From Paraphysomonas bandaiensis (Eukaryota; Protista; Chrysophyceae), in NCBI GenBank assembly GCA_965644295.1, contig CBFFRP010000145.1:100610-164609 (forward strand): a DNA stretch of 64,000 bases, read 5' to 3'. Each line of letters starts with the position of its first letter. The stretch's first letter is position 1. Below the pieces are notes generated by a model. That model was not told the origin of the DNA, made no database searches, and worked only from the letters and a program-made list of their open reading frames with translations. This document shows positions 37,599-49,837 of the stretch, piece by piece. The translations under genes were made by a program, and so were the position numbers.

Positions 37599-40500
37599 TG
37601 GTAGCGAGCGAGGAGGAGAGAAGGAGGATAGAGGAGTAGTTCCTCAGTTCAACGAGACTAACGTTGAACAATGGATTGAGGACTTCGAGACATTCCTTAT
37701 GAGGAAGGAACAAAGCGAGGTAGCGGTGGAACTGCCACCTAAGGAGAGCGACTTCGGGGAGCAGCCACTTACGTTGATGGAGGAGAAGGCGTACAGACAG
37801 GCTGTGAAGAGGTATTGGAAGGCGAACGCCATAGCTTATTCTTACTGCAGGGATGCGGTGCAGCATTCCCCGAAAGCGCTGCGTAAATTCCATCTTACCC
37901 ACAAAGCGTTCAAGGCAGAAGGGAGTGGTGTAAACAGGTTCAAAACACATGTAATGATTGATGAGTTGAAGAAGTGTTTTGCTGGAGGGAAGCAAAATAG
38001 GATCAGTGACCTCTTAACTCAATATGGTTCTTTCCGTATGCGTCCGGAGGAGACGGCGAAGGACTACGTACTACGGTTCGAACTACTGCTGAAGGAACTA
38101 CAGGAGCAGCAGCAGGATATCTCGGAGGTATCAAAAACAAGTCGACTACGAGAAGGCTTGCTCAATGAAGAGTATGCTCAACTGAGAGTTGGATTATACT
38201 TGATGGATGATGATGTTAATTATGTAACTGTATCACGTAAGATAGAAGGCTATGATGATACTATGGCTGGGAAGGAAGCGTTGGAGAAGAAGCGTAAAAG
38301 AGTGGAGGAGCTGAACCTGATAGACAGTAAGAAACGATATCGCAGAGAGAGGGATCATCGTAAGAAGAACAACGGTAAGAAGAAGCCGATGAAGAAGGAT
38401 ACAGAGATTACAGGGCAGCGACCTGGAAGTGCCGAATATACTGGGTGCAGAAATTGTAAGTCAAAGGAACATCTTGCCATCGATTGTCCAGCATCGAAAA
38501 AGAAGTACTCGCAAAGCAAGAGCAAGGCTGTGAGGTTTCAAGATGGAAGGAAACCAGACAAAAGACTACTTACAGTTGAAAACATCAGGCGTGGAGAGCC
38601 AGCGGATTTGTCTGACGAAGACGAAGCAAATATGATCGAGCAACAGGAAGAGTATCACTTGTCATGTAATGTGTATGAGACGAATATATGCAGTAGTGTG
38701 CATGAGGATATTCACTATACATACATTGATACCTGTTGTTCGTCATCAATGTTTTTGATAAATGATGTGAATATACTTGATAGTCATATGCACACATCAA
38801 AGGTTATTAATGGTTCGAAAAAAGGGTCAGAGATATGCGTCACGAGTGTAGGTTCCCGTGGAGCATGGAAGAACATTGAGGTATCAAGTCAGATAAATCG
38901 GTGTCTTTGTTCTGGACGGAAGTTGAACGATATGGGATATCGATTTACTGTATGGTATGGTATACAGATATATGACAGAAAAACGGATGAGCTGGTGTTG
39001 GAGGGACCTATGAAGAATGGAATGACTGCTGTGCCAACACAGCAGTTATTGGAGCTTCCAGACGTATCGACATCCAGTGATTCAGAAGTAAATCTCAGTG
39101 ACCGTACGGGTGAGGATGAACTGGAGCTGTTACATAGGAGAGCGGGTCATTTTAACAAGCATGCGTTGGTAGAAGCCCACAAAAGAATGCTAATTATTGG
39201 GACTGGACTGAAACGAAAACATCTCTCGAAACGTGTTTCCAAAGAACAGTGTCTATGTGATGTATGCGCCAGGGCGAAGATCACCAGAGTAAGTTTTCGG
39301 ACAAAGGATGAGGACTCCGTTCGTCCAAATTTCTCGGCCGATATAGCAGTATACTTAAATTGTCCAGCTCGAGGAGGGGAAATATATGTGCTCAAACTAA
39401 CACACCATGCCAGTCGGATGTTCTGGTCGGAAGGGCTTGTTCATAGGACTGGGTCATCGGTACTGCAGGTTTTCAAGAAGATTTTTGAAGGAGATGTGAA
39501 AAGGTACAAATTAGAAATGCATCATTACCATGCAGATGGAGCAGGGGAGCTAATATGTGATGAGCTGCGACAATATCTTAGGTCACAGGGTTGCTATCAA
39601 CATACGTGGAGCTCTACGGACTCTCCTGAGATGAACGCGATTGAGGAGCGGAAATTCAGGACCTGTGGTGAGATGACATTAGCGATGCTGATTCAGTCAG
39701 GATTGCCTTCACAGTTTTGGCTAGATGCCTACATGGCAGCCAGGTACATATTAATTCGATTGCCTACAAAGACAGCGAAGGGGTATATGTCCCCTCTTGA
39801 ATTTTTGACTGGTGAGGCTCCCAACCTGAAATATCTCAGAGTATGGGGGTGTCGTGCGTATGTCCTCACTACAAAGGCGGATCGACGGAAAGACTGGGAC
39901 GACAAGGCCCTTATCGGATATCTGATAGGATATTCAGATGAAAAGGTAGGATATGATGTATATCTACCTGCGACTGATAGGGTCGTCACGTCGGTACATG
40001 TATTAACTGATGAGTCCATACCGTCACGCTCGGAGAGCTATTTCGCTGAGATAGATGCTCTTCGAGTGAAGGAGGCCGAGAGACCGAAAATTGTGTCTGA
40101 CTATGCGGGCTTAGAAGGTACATATCATATTGATGATGAGGATGGTCTTCTCTACAAGACCACGAGAGTAGTAGAACGAAAGGGGGTAATAGTAGCCTAT
40201 CGATCTCTGGTAACTGCAGGTCGGAAGCATATCGAGCACCGGGTGCCGATTCACGTCGAGGACGTAGTGCGAATGACTGCAGAAACTCCCGGGAATACCG
40301 GATATATAGGAAAGGGGGACGCCCTGAGTACTATGCCAGCCAGGGTGCTGGACCAGGGAAGACCTGGAGGGTTACAGGAGAGTCCTGACCCAACCTGTCA
40401 GGAGACAGCTGTGAGGTTGCAGACCTCTGAAGACTATGAGTCTGGGGTTGTGAGCGGGGCTCCTCCCACAACGCACGATGTGCGTGCTCAGGATGAGCAA

Positions 40501-42293
40501 GGTACGGGTTCTTATATACCTCGTCGACCGATTGAACTAGATGGTGATGGTCGGGTCCGACGCAAACGGCTGCAGCGGAGACTGGCAAACGCGTCAGTTT
40601 TAGGAGAGATTAATATGGTTGAAGTACCGGATGCGCATAATATTGATCTTAACCATGCAGAGACAGAAGATATCAAGATACCAAATTCATATGCCGAGGC
40701 AGAGAGATCTCCACAGTATCAACAATGGAGAAAAGCTCGAATGGTGGAGAAGACATCATTGCTGAAAAGACGTGTCTTGAAGATCGTGAAAATTCCAAGC
40801 GGAGTGAAATTAGTTAGAGCGAAATATGTGCATACGGTGAAGCGAGACATACTAGGGAATATAGTAAAGTACAAGGCTCGGCTAGTGGCATTAGGAAATC
40901 TCCAAGAGAAGAAGGAGGAGGAGCCGTCCACTTTCGCTCCAGTGGTTAAGGGTATAACCATTAGACTAGTGTTAGCGATTGCGTTTATGTTACAGATGCA
41001 TGTGCATCAATTAGATGTATCATCCGCATTTTGCTATGCAGATCTGGAGGATGACGTGTATATGGCACCTCCACCAGATGAGGAATTACTAGCTGGATGG
41101 TGTTTTCAACTAATCAAGGCATTGTATGGACTGCGATCTTCACCGCGACAGTGGAATAAACATATTGACAAGTTTATTAAATCATTGCATTTTACTCCGT
41201 GTATTTTGGATACGTGTTTGTATATGCGATGGAGTAACGGAAAACTGCATTTATTATTGATATATGTTGATGATATCATAATTGCATCCGCTGATCTGAC
41301 TTACTTGGAAAGCGTAAAGCGTAGGTTCTGTGAAACATTCGAGATGCATGATCTGGGAGTGTGTAAGCGATTTCTGAACATCAGGATAACCAGAGGAGAA
41401 AATTGGTATATGTTAGATCAATCTGAGTATGCTAAGAATATTATCAAGAAATTCAGCTCAGTTATGGGAAAGAGTAGTAAGAATAAGGAGGCCCCACTAC
41501 CTACTAATGTTCAGGATCTGTTGGCAGAGGAACGTGAACTTACGGAGGAGCAGAAGCAGTGGGTTGACTCATTTCCGTATCGGCAAATTATTGGAGCAGT
41601 GTTGTATCTAGCAATGCATACTAGACCTGATCTGGCTTATGCAGTGGGGTTATTGTCTCGATTTAGTAGTTGTCCGACATATGCATCGTGCAAACTGGCG
41701 ATTCACTTATTGAAATATTTGCGTGGAACAATAGATGAGGGCATCAGATTCAGTGGGAGTGAGTTCGACTTACATGTGTTCAGTGATTCAGATTGGGCTG
41801 GTGATAGACTGACTCGGCGATCGACAACAGGATACATTGTGTTCTTATGTGCAGGCGCATTGGCCTGGCAGTCTAAACTACAGACCACAGTTGCAACTTC
41901 GAGCATGGAATCTGAATATATGGCGGAGTATGCGGCTATGCAAGAACTGGTGTGGCTTCGGGGGTGTTCAAGGAGCTCGGGCTCTTAGTTGCGAAGCCGA
42001 CTCCATTCTTTATGGATAGCAAGAGTGCGAAAGATCTCTCCGAGAATCCTGTGTATCATAAGAGGTCGAAGCATATAGACATCAAGTATCACTGGGTGAG
42101 AGAGCATGTAAATGGAAAATTTCCTACGGCAAAGTTGATTCATGTGTCGACGGATGATATGGCGGCTGATATTTTCACGAAGGCATTGTCAACGAAACTT
42201 TTCAGTCGTCATGAGAAAACTATTACCGGGGTTAAGAGAAGTGTGTCAACCAGAGTTGAGGAGCAGCAGAAGAAGCGACCCCGAAGAGGTTAA
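37582..42293 (+). CDS. Copia gag-pol polyprotein with one frameshift in RNase H (about 41960)
   Basis: Zinc knuckle CRNCKSKEHLAIDC; protease YIDTCCS; integrase HRRAGH...CDVC, ADIA, ADGAGE, IEERK; RT KYKARLVA, LDVSSAF, YVDD; RNase H FSDSDWAG, then DSKSA, RSKHIDIKYH and ADIFTK in the next frame. Confidence 0.95.
37599..37612 (+). promoter_or_regulatory. Primer binding site TGGTAGCGAGCGAG (probably initiator tRNA-Met)
   Basis: Immediately follows the LTR; complementary to a tRNA 3' end ...CGCUCGCU-A-CCA, whose U72 fits the A1:U72 initiator signature. Confidence 0.7.
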
Positions 42294-42466
42294 AGGTGTG
42301 TTTTAGTGGGTGAGAATCCCACATAACTATATATCTAGTTGACTGCTAGTTATATATGTATCTTGATAAGATTTCACATCTATTTTACCTATGAGACTAG
42401 TTTATAGCATGAAGATCACTGTACTCATTGTTGTTTCGTATCACTGCATTCTACATTGAGTGGGAG

Positions 42467-42759
42467 TATTAGAATATGGACTGTATCCTAGTATATTCAA
42501 TGTGGTACTTGAAGACAATGTACGAGAATACAGTGAAGTATGGTGATGTGTAGATGCTGTTATGATATTGAGAAAACTGAAATAGTTTGCTCTTTCAAGA
42601 TATGTTTAGTAGCGAAAGGTCTACAGAAGTAGTGATTTATGCATGGCACAAAACGAGCTTGTGTTGTTTAACACAATTGGTGTAAACGATATTAATAAAT
42701 CTATCTAGTCTAACAACTTAATCTCTCTTTGATCTAAGTAAAATGAGCTTTTCCCAACA
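42467..42759 (+). repeat. 3' LTR, preceded by PPT GAGTGGGAG (42458-42466)
   Basis: Direct repeat of 37306-37598, followed by the TSD CAAGG. Confidence 0.97.
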
Positions 42760-43228
42760 CAAGGTAGATGCATGTGCTGGACGAGTGCACAAAATGGAGG
42801 GAAGACATTATTGGAGTCAGCTTGATTTGTAACATTCACTACTACTGTACTAAGTCTTAGCATTCCATCGTGCAATATCTAGGTTACGCGTGCGTATGAT
42901 GAGCTACTGCGCCTAAATGAACTATATGACGATATAATATCGTAAATTGGTACCAACTTCATATATATTCTATTCTACTATTCCCTTTAAGAATTCTAAA
43001 TAATATTAAGTTAGGGATAAATAATACTTTAGCTTTCACAAGCGAACGACCTCTGCATCTCAAAGACAGCGAGCAAAATGCACCAAAGAAACTATTCTAA
43101 ATGTAACGCTGACATGAATACAGACTATACAATGCTAATATCCTAATGAGCACTTAAACCCAAAGTAAAAAATCAGATATGATATCAATACGTAAGCACT
43201 CATTAATGCCACACTCAATGAGCACGCA

Positions 43229-46200
43229 TTAGAAATTGGCGCTATACCCACGCAATGCTGCGGCAAAGTCGCGGGCGATCTTTTTAACTTCATTTGAAAC
43301 ATGATTTCCTCCGGTTTCGTTGGCGACAGGAGAAGCTGTTGTGGCCACTCTAAGGTTACTCTGGGATCTTGCCATATCCCAGGGCACACAGAACCACGGG
43401 GTATGTGCTTTCTCTGCCATGGCGTGGAACATAACACAGAAGGACACATACCGCTCTATTGCGGCCACACGACACTCATAGAACTGCTGCACCACTTGTT
43501 GATAGTCTTGCACACGTTGTGCTTGTCTATCTAGTCGACCAGCAAATGCAGTGCGTACGGCAGGGTCGAATGACTTGGACTGCGTCTTAGAGGATACCCC
43601 CGCCTTTAGTTGTTTCATGGTAAGCATTCCTGCTTCTTTAGCATTGAGCACAAAATCAGTGAACATATCCCCGTGTTCCACATTAGGATTGATATGCTGG
43701 GCGCCGTACGGAATATCTGCCCACTCGGCGCGGCCCTTCACTGCAGCAGAGTAGGCGTTGCTAAGCTGTCGTAATATCGCGCCTGTGAATGGCTTTGCGG
43801 CCAAATACAACCGTTCGTATAGGTACTCGTCCACAAACTTACGTCGATTGTCACTCTTTAACACCACATGCCTCGCAAGTCCCAAATTCGGAACGTAAGG
43901 ATTATGTCCAACGGTTATGACATCGGGCCCAGCCCCCATGCCAGAGTATGCTGGGTTCTCAATAAACACTGCCTGCTTCACAGCCAGTAATACAGCGGCT
44001 TCAGACTTGGCTATAAAATATCATAAAATTATATTTCCTCAAAAATTGTAATGTGATGAAGTCTTACCAAGGACACAAAGTCTACCATCTGGGCGACCAA
44101 CAGCAAGCAATACTCCCCGTACAACGCGATGAGTGAATCTATGCACAAAGTGATCCAATCCCGAGGCACCATGTACGTTAGGCATGCAAAAGGAATAAGC
44201 CTGGGAGAATAGCTTCGAAGCAAAGTTTTCTGTGAGCTGGTGAATGCAGGGGGAGTCAACGACAACAATGGTGCGTCCTCCCATTCGCGCCGCAATTGGG
44301 CGACCAGTCACCCACCTCAAAAGCCAGGTCAAGTTTTTCCCAATGTAAATAAACCATACAGCATCAACGATCTGAAGAGTGAGTCCAACAAGCGTCCAGC
44401 CGATCCCTTGATTTACCATAGTACGTGGATATCGAGGGCTCCATGCGAGAACACCATTACCGATGTCAACATTCGCCGCCTTGAGAATCTCCACAATTAC
44501 CGTTCCTAAAGTCCCGAAAAGTGGTAAACCGAAGCCAACAGACACAAAGAGATATACGGCGACGAATATAACTACCATCCAGGGCTCCCTAACATGGTCC
44601 CCCCATGCCTGCCCAGCCTGACGTAGCTCCTCATTCGTCTGCTTCTCGTCCTCATCAAGAGGGTCGCCATACTTATCAAACCCAACGATGCGCTCAATGT
44701 TCGGAATCATGGATGTAGCCATGATGGTATGAATATCGTCAATACAACCATCTGTCAAGTTCATTAAGATTGTCTGTCTTCCCTGCTCGTACCAAGTAAC
44801 GAATTCCTTTCCTGTATCCTGACGACTATTGTCAGGCTCTTCTGGTGGAGGATGGCCGGCTGCTTCTGCTTCCTCGCGAAGCCTCTTTCGTCGGGCTGCG
44901 GTTTTTCGCCGGACCAGCTTCCGGAGCAAGTCTGTCGCAGCTGAGTATTCCCACTTGTGGATTAAACGACTACCGGCGAACTTTTTACGTGTAGCCACCA
45001 CTAAATGAAGGATCAGTCGCGTAAGAGTATGAAAAGTTGCAACAATAGCCGCAGAGGTTGGTTCAGCTGGTCGGTATCCGGAATAGTTATTGAAAACACG
45101 GTTCTTGCCGTACACCTTTCCACGCATTTGATAATCTTCCTTCATGGCCACCTCCATTTTACTGTTAAAACACCCCGTTAGAAGAAACATACGATCGCCA
45201 ACTAGAGATGCGATCTTGCGAGTTGCATGGAGAGTAGCGAAGGTCTGTCCAGATTGAGAAATCAATAGTGCACATGTGTGATTATCAATGCGACGGGGTA
45301 AAACTGCGTCGGTTCCAGGAAAAAAGACTTTGCCAGGTGCATCATCCGCCAGGCCGAGCAGTTTGTTAGCACTGACTGTAACAATGTTGAGTTGGGGAAA
45401 TATGGTACGCAGATCAGCTGCGAACTGCTCCGCCACCCATAACGACGCCTCCACTCCACCTATTGATACAATATTAAGGCAATGAAAAACTCACGAAACT
45501 GTATACCTATGAGCAGATCAGTAGAATCCGTCTGTGTGTCGACCCTATGTTTCATACAACGAATCATGTACTTGCAGAACTCTTCTGCCACGATATACTC
45601 GACAGACTTGGTGTTCGACCACGCTACAAATAACACGCAGATTAGCAATGAAAAAGTAGAAGCTCTTACAGTGTTATACCCCTGTCAATAGCATCCAGTA
45701 TTCCAGGAGTCATTGCCAGATCGGCAGCCACTAAATCAGCCTTTGGATCATATGGTATAGGAGCGGAAGTGATAGTGACTGCACGATCCACTAACTCTTG
45801 TCCCATAGCCTCGCAATCAGTTACAAGTGAGTAGGAAAGTATCTCCACCCCTCCACGCATGCGTATTCCTGCTCGTTCTCCGAATTCCTTCCCTCGCGTG
45901 ACATTACCCAAAGTTTTGCGGATAACGGGCCCCTCATATATACTGGGGGCGGCAGGCTGTTTTTCAAAATTATCTCCCTCTTTCTCCTCCTCTGTCTGTT
46001 TCCGAATGTGGCCAAAGCGTCCCTCAATAAATAGCCGAGGCGTACCCAAGCGCATAACCTCACCTTTGGAGTCCAAGTCTATGCGCTCGGGGAGCCATCC
46101 CCCATCAACATCTACCGGCACCGCAATAGCTTCTGCCTCCGATCCGTATAAGCATAGCGGAAGATCCGGGCCAAACGACACCGACATCGGTTGACCCTTG

Positions 46201-47522
46201 CTGGCTATCACAACAACACCGGGTTCGATGGTGCAGTGGCACTGAATGCCGAACGAACCTTCTGCACGAGACAATACCTCAGTGAGAGTAGTATACAGAT
46301 CATTGCGGAGAAATGACCGAATAGTAAGACTCACAAATGCCAGACGTTCCTTCCTACTCCACGTATTGGCATTGAAGCGGTCCGCATAAGAATCAAATTG
46401 AGAAAGCACAGCATCCACAAACTGAGCTTCACCGGCAGGATCAATGCTGTATTCCACGATCTTCTTCTTCGACCCCATAACATCTTTGTCCTGTCTAACC
46501 TTGATGATGTTGTTTTTATGCATATGGAAAACTGGTTCAAATAGTGCTTCTGCCCAATCCTGAAAAAACTCAAAAGTTGGAAATACATTAGGCGCCTCCT
46601 TGCATAGCTGCTCGCCATCGCACACATCATTGACGGACTTGAGCACACGAACATATCCCAGACGACAGGCCGGTCCCCACCTACCCTGTACTCGCATTAC
46701 ATCCATCAAGCCAGCCAACTTTGGAGAGTCCCCTTTTGTTAAATTTTCTGTCCAAAGGACTCGCTCAAGCCATAGACCTAACTCTCCATTCACCACAGTG
46801 GAAGAGTACATCTCAAAAGCGTCAAAATCACCGTTGTGTGTCAGATGCAGACAGTAGCTCACATTTGTTGACTCAAATTTACCCGTAATAGAGTTCAAGC
46901 GCCAAATACGCTCCACTCGGGGGGGAACCCACTCATGGGGGTGGAGCTCAGACTCCACATTTTTAGAGGACGTTGCAAAACGTGTATGCCCAACGAATGT
47001 AACTGCGAATGACGGGTCAGGTTGTCTGCCAAATTTCTTCAAAAATTTCTTGGCCAAATCGGCGGCAAGAGGGTACCGTTTACGAGCTACACATCTTGTG
47101 CGAAACATGTTAGGGATCGGCTCGAATGCGCCGGCAAACTTAGCCTCATATGACGACTGCGCTGTCCTTGTGCTAGTCTCTTTACGGTACTCGATACTGC
47201 TAATACCACCCGCTTGCCCTCCTCGTACCTCTGTGGCCGCTGTCTGAGCCTCCAAAATAAAGAGCGGTTTCAGCATCTCCGCATTACCCGCATGCGCACT
47301 GGTGGACTCGATTACATTATACTTCCCGCTGCTTGACTTGTTGTGCGTCCAGTTGGCGTCCCCCACAACTCGCAGGCCGTGAAGTTTACTCACCTCATGA
47401 AGTGTCTGGTGCAGAGAGGCATCCATCGCATCCTGAGGAGCGCTCTTCTTCTCGAACTCATCAGCTGCACAGCCCGTGGAGCCTTCTTTCCCCAACATTA
47501 TCAAACCGAAGTTACCGCACAT
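43229..47522 (-). CDS. Large GlmS-like protein: class-II (Ntn) glutamine amidotransferase + SIS domain + transmembrane hairpin + SIS-like C-terminus, 3 introns
   Basis: MCGNFG (Cys2 nucleophile), RGGQAGG, GHTRFATS, HPH, THNGD; SIS motif ISQSGQTFATL; two hydrophobic helices. ORFs 45666-47522, 45460-45648, 44039-45454 and 43229-43981 join through short GT-AG introns. Confidence 0.85.
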
Positions 47523-48095
47523 GGTTATGATTATGACACTCTATCTGGAGCTTTATTGATACATGCAAACGATCAGATATCCTATCCGCATATACAACTA
47601 TACACGCAGCACATATGGAGTCCCATACACTGCAGTGTACGCACAGAGAACAATGCGCTGTGGCTCTCTTTAAACACATGCACACAGCACACTGCACACA
47701 GTCCTACACAGCACAATGGAAAGAATACTGCGGTCTACAGCCGTACAGCACCTGGAGTATACAGGTACTGTATACCGTACAGTTTCTACAGTGTTCGTTC
47801 GCAGTGTGGGTTGGTATTCCAGAGTACAGTGAGAATCCTACAAGCATATAGAGTACACATACAGCAGTATCTTGTTCTCTGATCTGTGCAATATACGAGG
47901 ATCTATCTGCTGTAGCGAATACCATGGAATACGGTAACTACCAGCAGTATACACAATATACGAGGACGCACAGAGGGGTGTCTGTTGCAACATCTCGTTC
48001 ATCTCATCATCTTCTTGTTCCATTGGCATTCTACTCCTTATCAGTCCTCATGACTTGGTGAGAAGCCGCTCCTGGTATTTTCTTGAACCCGTATA

Positions 48096-49377
48096 ATGAA
48101 GAAGCGCTCCCTCCGCGACATTATCGAGCAAGGCGATGTCTCATCTCTGCAAAGAGTGTTGGATGACGCTGACGACGATATCAGTGCGATATTCAACCAA
48201 AGATTCGAGGTACATGTTGCTTCTATCCACACTGTGTCGAATTTACAAAGTGTTGAACTCTGAGTAGGAGAATAGCTCTCCGCTGCACGCAGCTGTGTGG
48301 TTTGGGCAATCTGAAATAGCAGAGGAGCTGTTGGACTGGGGTTGTCCAATAGATCTGAGAGACAATGTAACTATTTCGTATGATTACCATTCCAATGAGA
48401 CGTTGTATGACTAAACAGGCTGGAGCAACTGCATTTCATTATTCTGTTTGGAAGAATAACATTGATATCATGATGATGCTACTTGAAAAGGGAGCAGACG
48501 TGTATGACCTTGATAATGTTCGTATCCAGTAATTTTACCGTAGATATAGTCATTGTCATTTACTTTTACAGAAAGATAACACAGCGCTTCATTTGGCTGC
48601 TCGTAAAGGATTTAAAGCTATTGCTGTTATGCTTATTGCTCGAGGACTAAATGTAAACAGCGCTGACGTTGTACGTAGTTTATATTGTGTACGCTGTCCC
48701 ACACTGAGTGTTGCTCAATAGGATGGCAACACACCGCTTCACAAGGCCGCTATGGAAGGTCGTACGGTAATGGTACTAGAGCTTCTTGAACATGGCGCCA
48801 GATTGATGGCAACTAATAACGTATGTGAGTTGTAATAGTTTTTTTGTTGTAATACTGCGCAGGAGGGAATGACAGCGCTACACCTGGCGTGTCTAAACGG
48901 AAATACGGAAACTGCAGAGGCACTTTTAGATGCTGGAATTCCTATTGGAGAGTTAGACACGGTATATGATCAGGTTTCACCTTCATTGTGTCTTACTGGA
49001 TTCGCTAGCATGGTCGCACTCCGTATCATATGGCATGTCTTAGGTTCAATGAAGAGACTATCACAATGTTGCTGAATCGAGGCTGTGACATCGACGTAAA
49101 AGCAGCGGTTAGTGGAATGTTGTGCGTGAGGCTCCTTCTTCTCTTGATAATTTGTGCAGGATGGCCGTACTGGAGCTGAGTCGGTTGCGATTCGTGAAGA
49201 CCGGTCGAAAATGACAGCAATGTTGGTACGTATGATAACATTGCTGTGCTTAGGTCATTGACTTATGCGAATAATCAGAGCCATATCTTCAATGAGAGGG
49301 AACAGAAGGCCAAAAACGTGGCGAGAAAAAAGCAGCAGCTCAGCGACCTCAAAGTTGCTTTGAAAGATGGTATATGA
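48096..49377 (+). CDS. Ankyrin-repeat protein, at least 9 exons
   Basis: Exons encode SPLHAAV, TAFHYSV, TALHLAA, TPLHKAA, TALHLAC and TPYHMAC repeats separated by 42-54 nt GT-AG introns. The 3' end may splice once more to about 49461. Confidence 0.9.
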
Positions 49378-49837
49378 GAAGACCTCATATTGTTGGTTCG
49401 GTGCACATGTATTATATATGTTGTGGTTTATGTAGTGTGGCGACTTTGGTGTGAAAAATTAAAATAGTATTTATTGAGAAATAGTAACCAACTTATAAGC
49501 TCTTAGAATACTGCACACATTCTGGCGCACCCTTTCAGATATAATTAGATATATATAGAGAAAATGACAGCATCAATTTAAACAGTTTGGAATTTACTCT
49601 TTGGTGAATAGCTTGGCAGAGACAGACGACAGACAGTACAAATTCTAATATGAACATGAATAGCGTTCTTCGTTGCAGGTATGTATCAGAATTGTTCGAT
49701 GTTAAAATAATAGATGTATGAAGAGTAATTTATGGTTAATCAAATATATTTCTAAGAGACACAAGCATGAGTAATTTATCGCAAAATTGCAATATATTGC
49801 GAGGCCAAATTTTGCTTAAATAATAATCAATATATTG

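Larger units (their letters stand above)
37306..42759 (+). mobile_element. Full-length Ty1/Copia LTR retrotransposon, 5454 bp
   Basis: Two 293-bp LTRs, 5-bp TSD CAAGG (37301-37305, 42760-42764), PBS, PPT and gag-PR-IN-RT-RH domain order. Confidence 0.98.

Noticed and set aside
41952-41988. Programmed ribosomal frameshift in the Copia element
   Set aside because: The shift is in the middle of RNase H, not at the gag-pol junction; a homopolymer indel is the simpler explanation.
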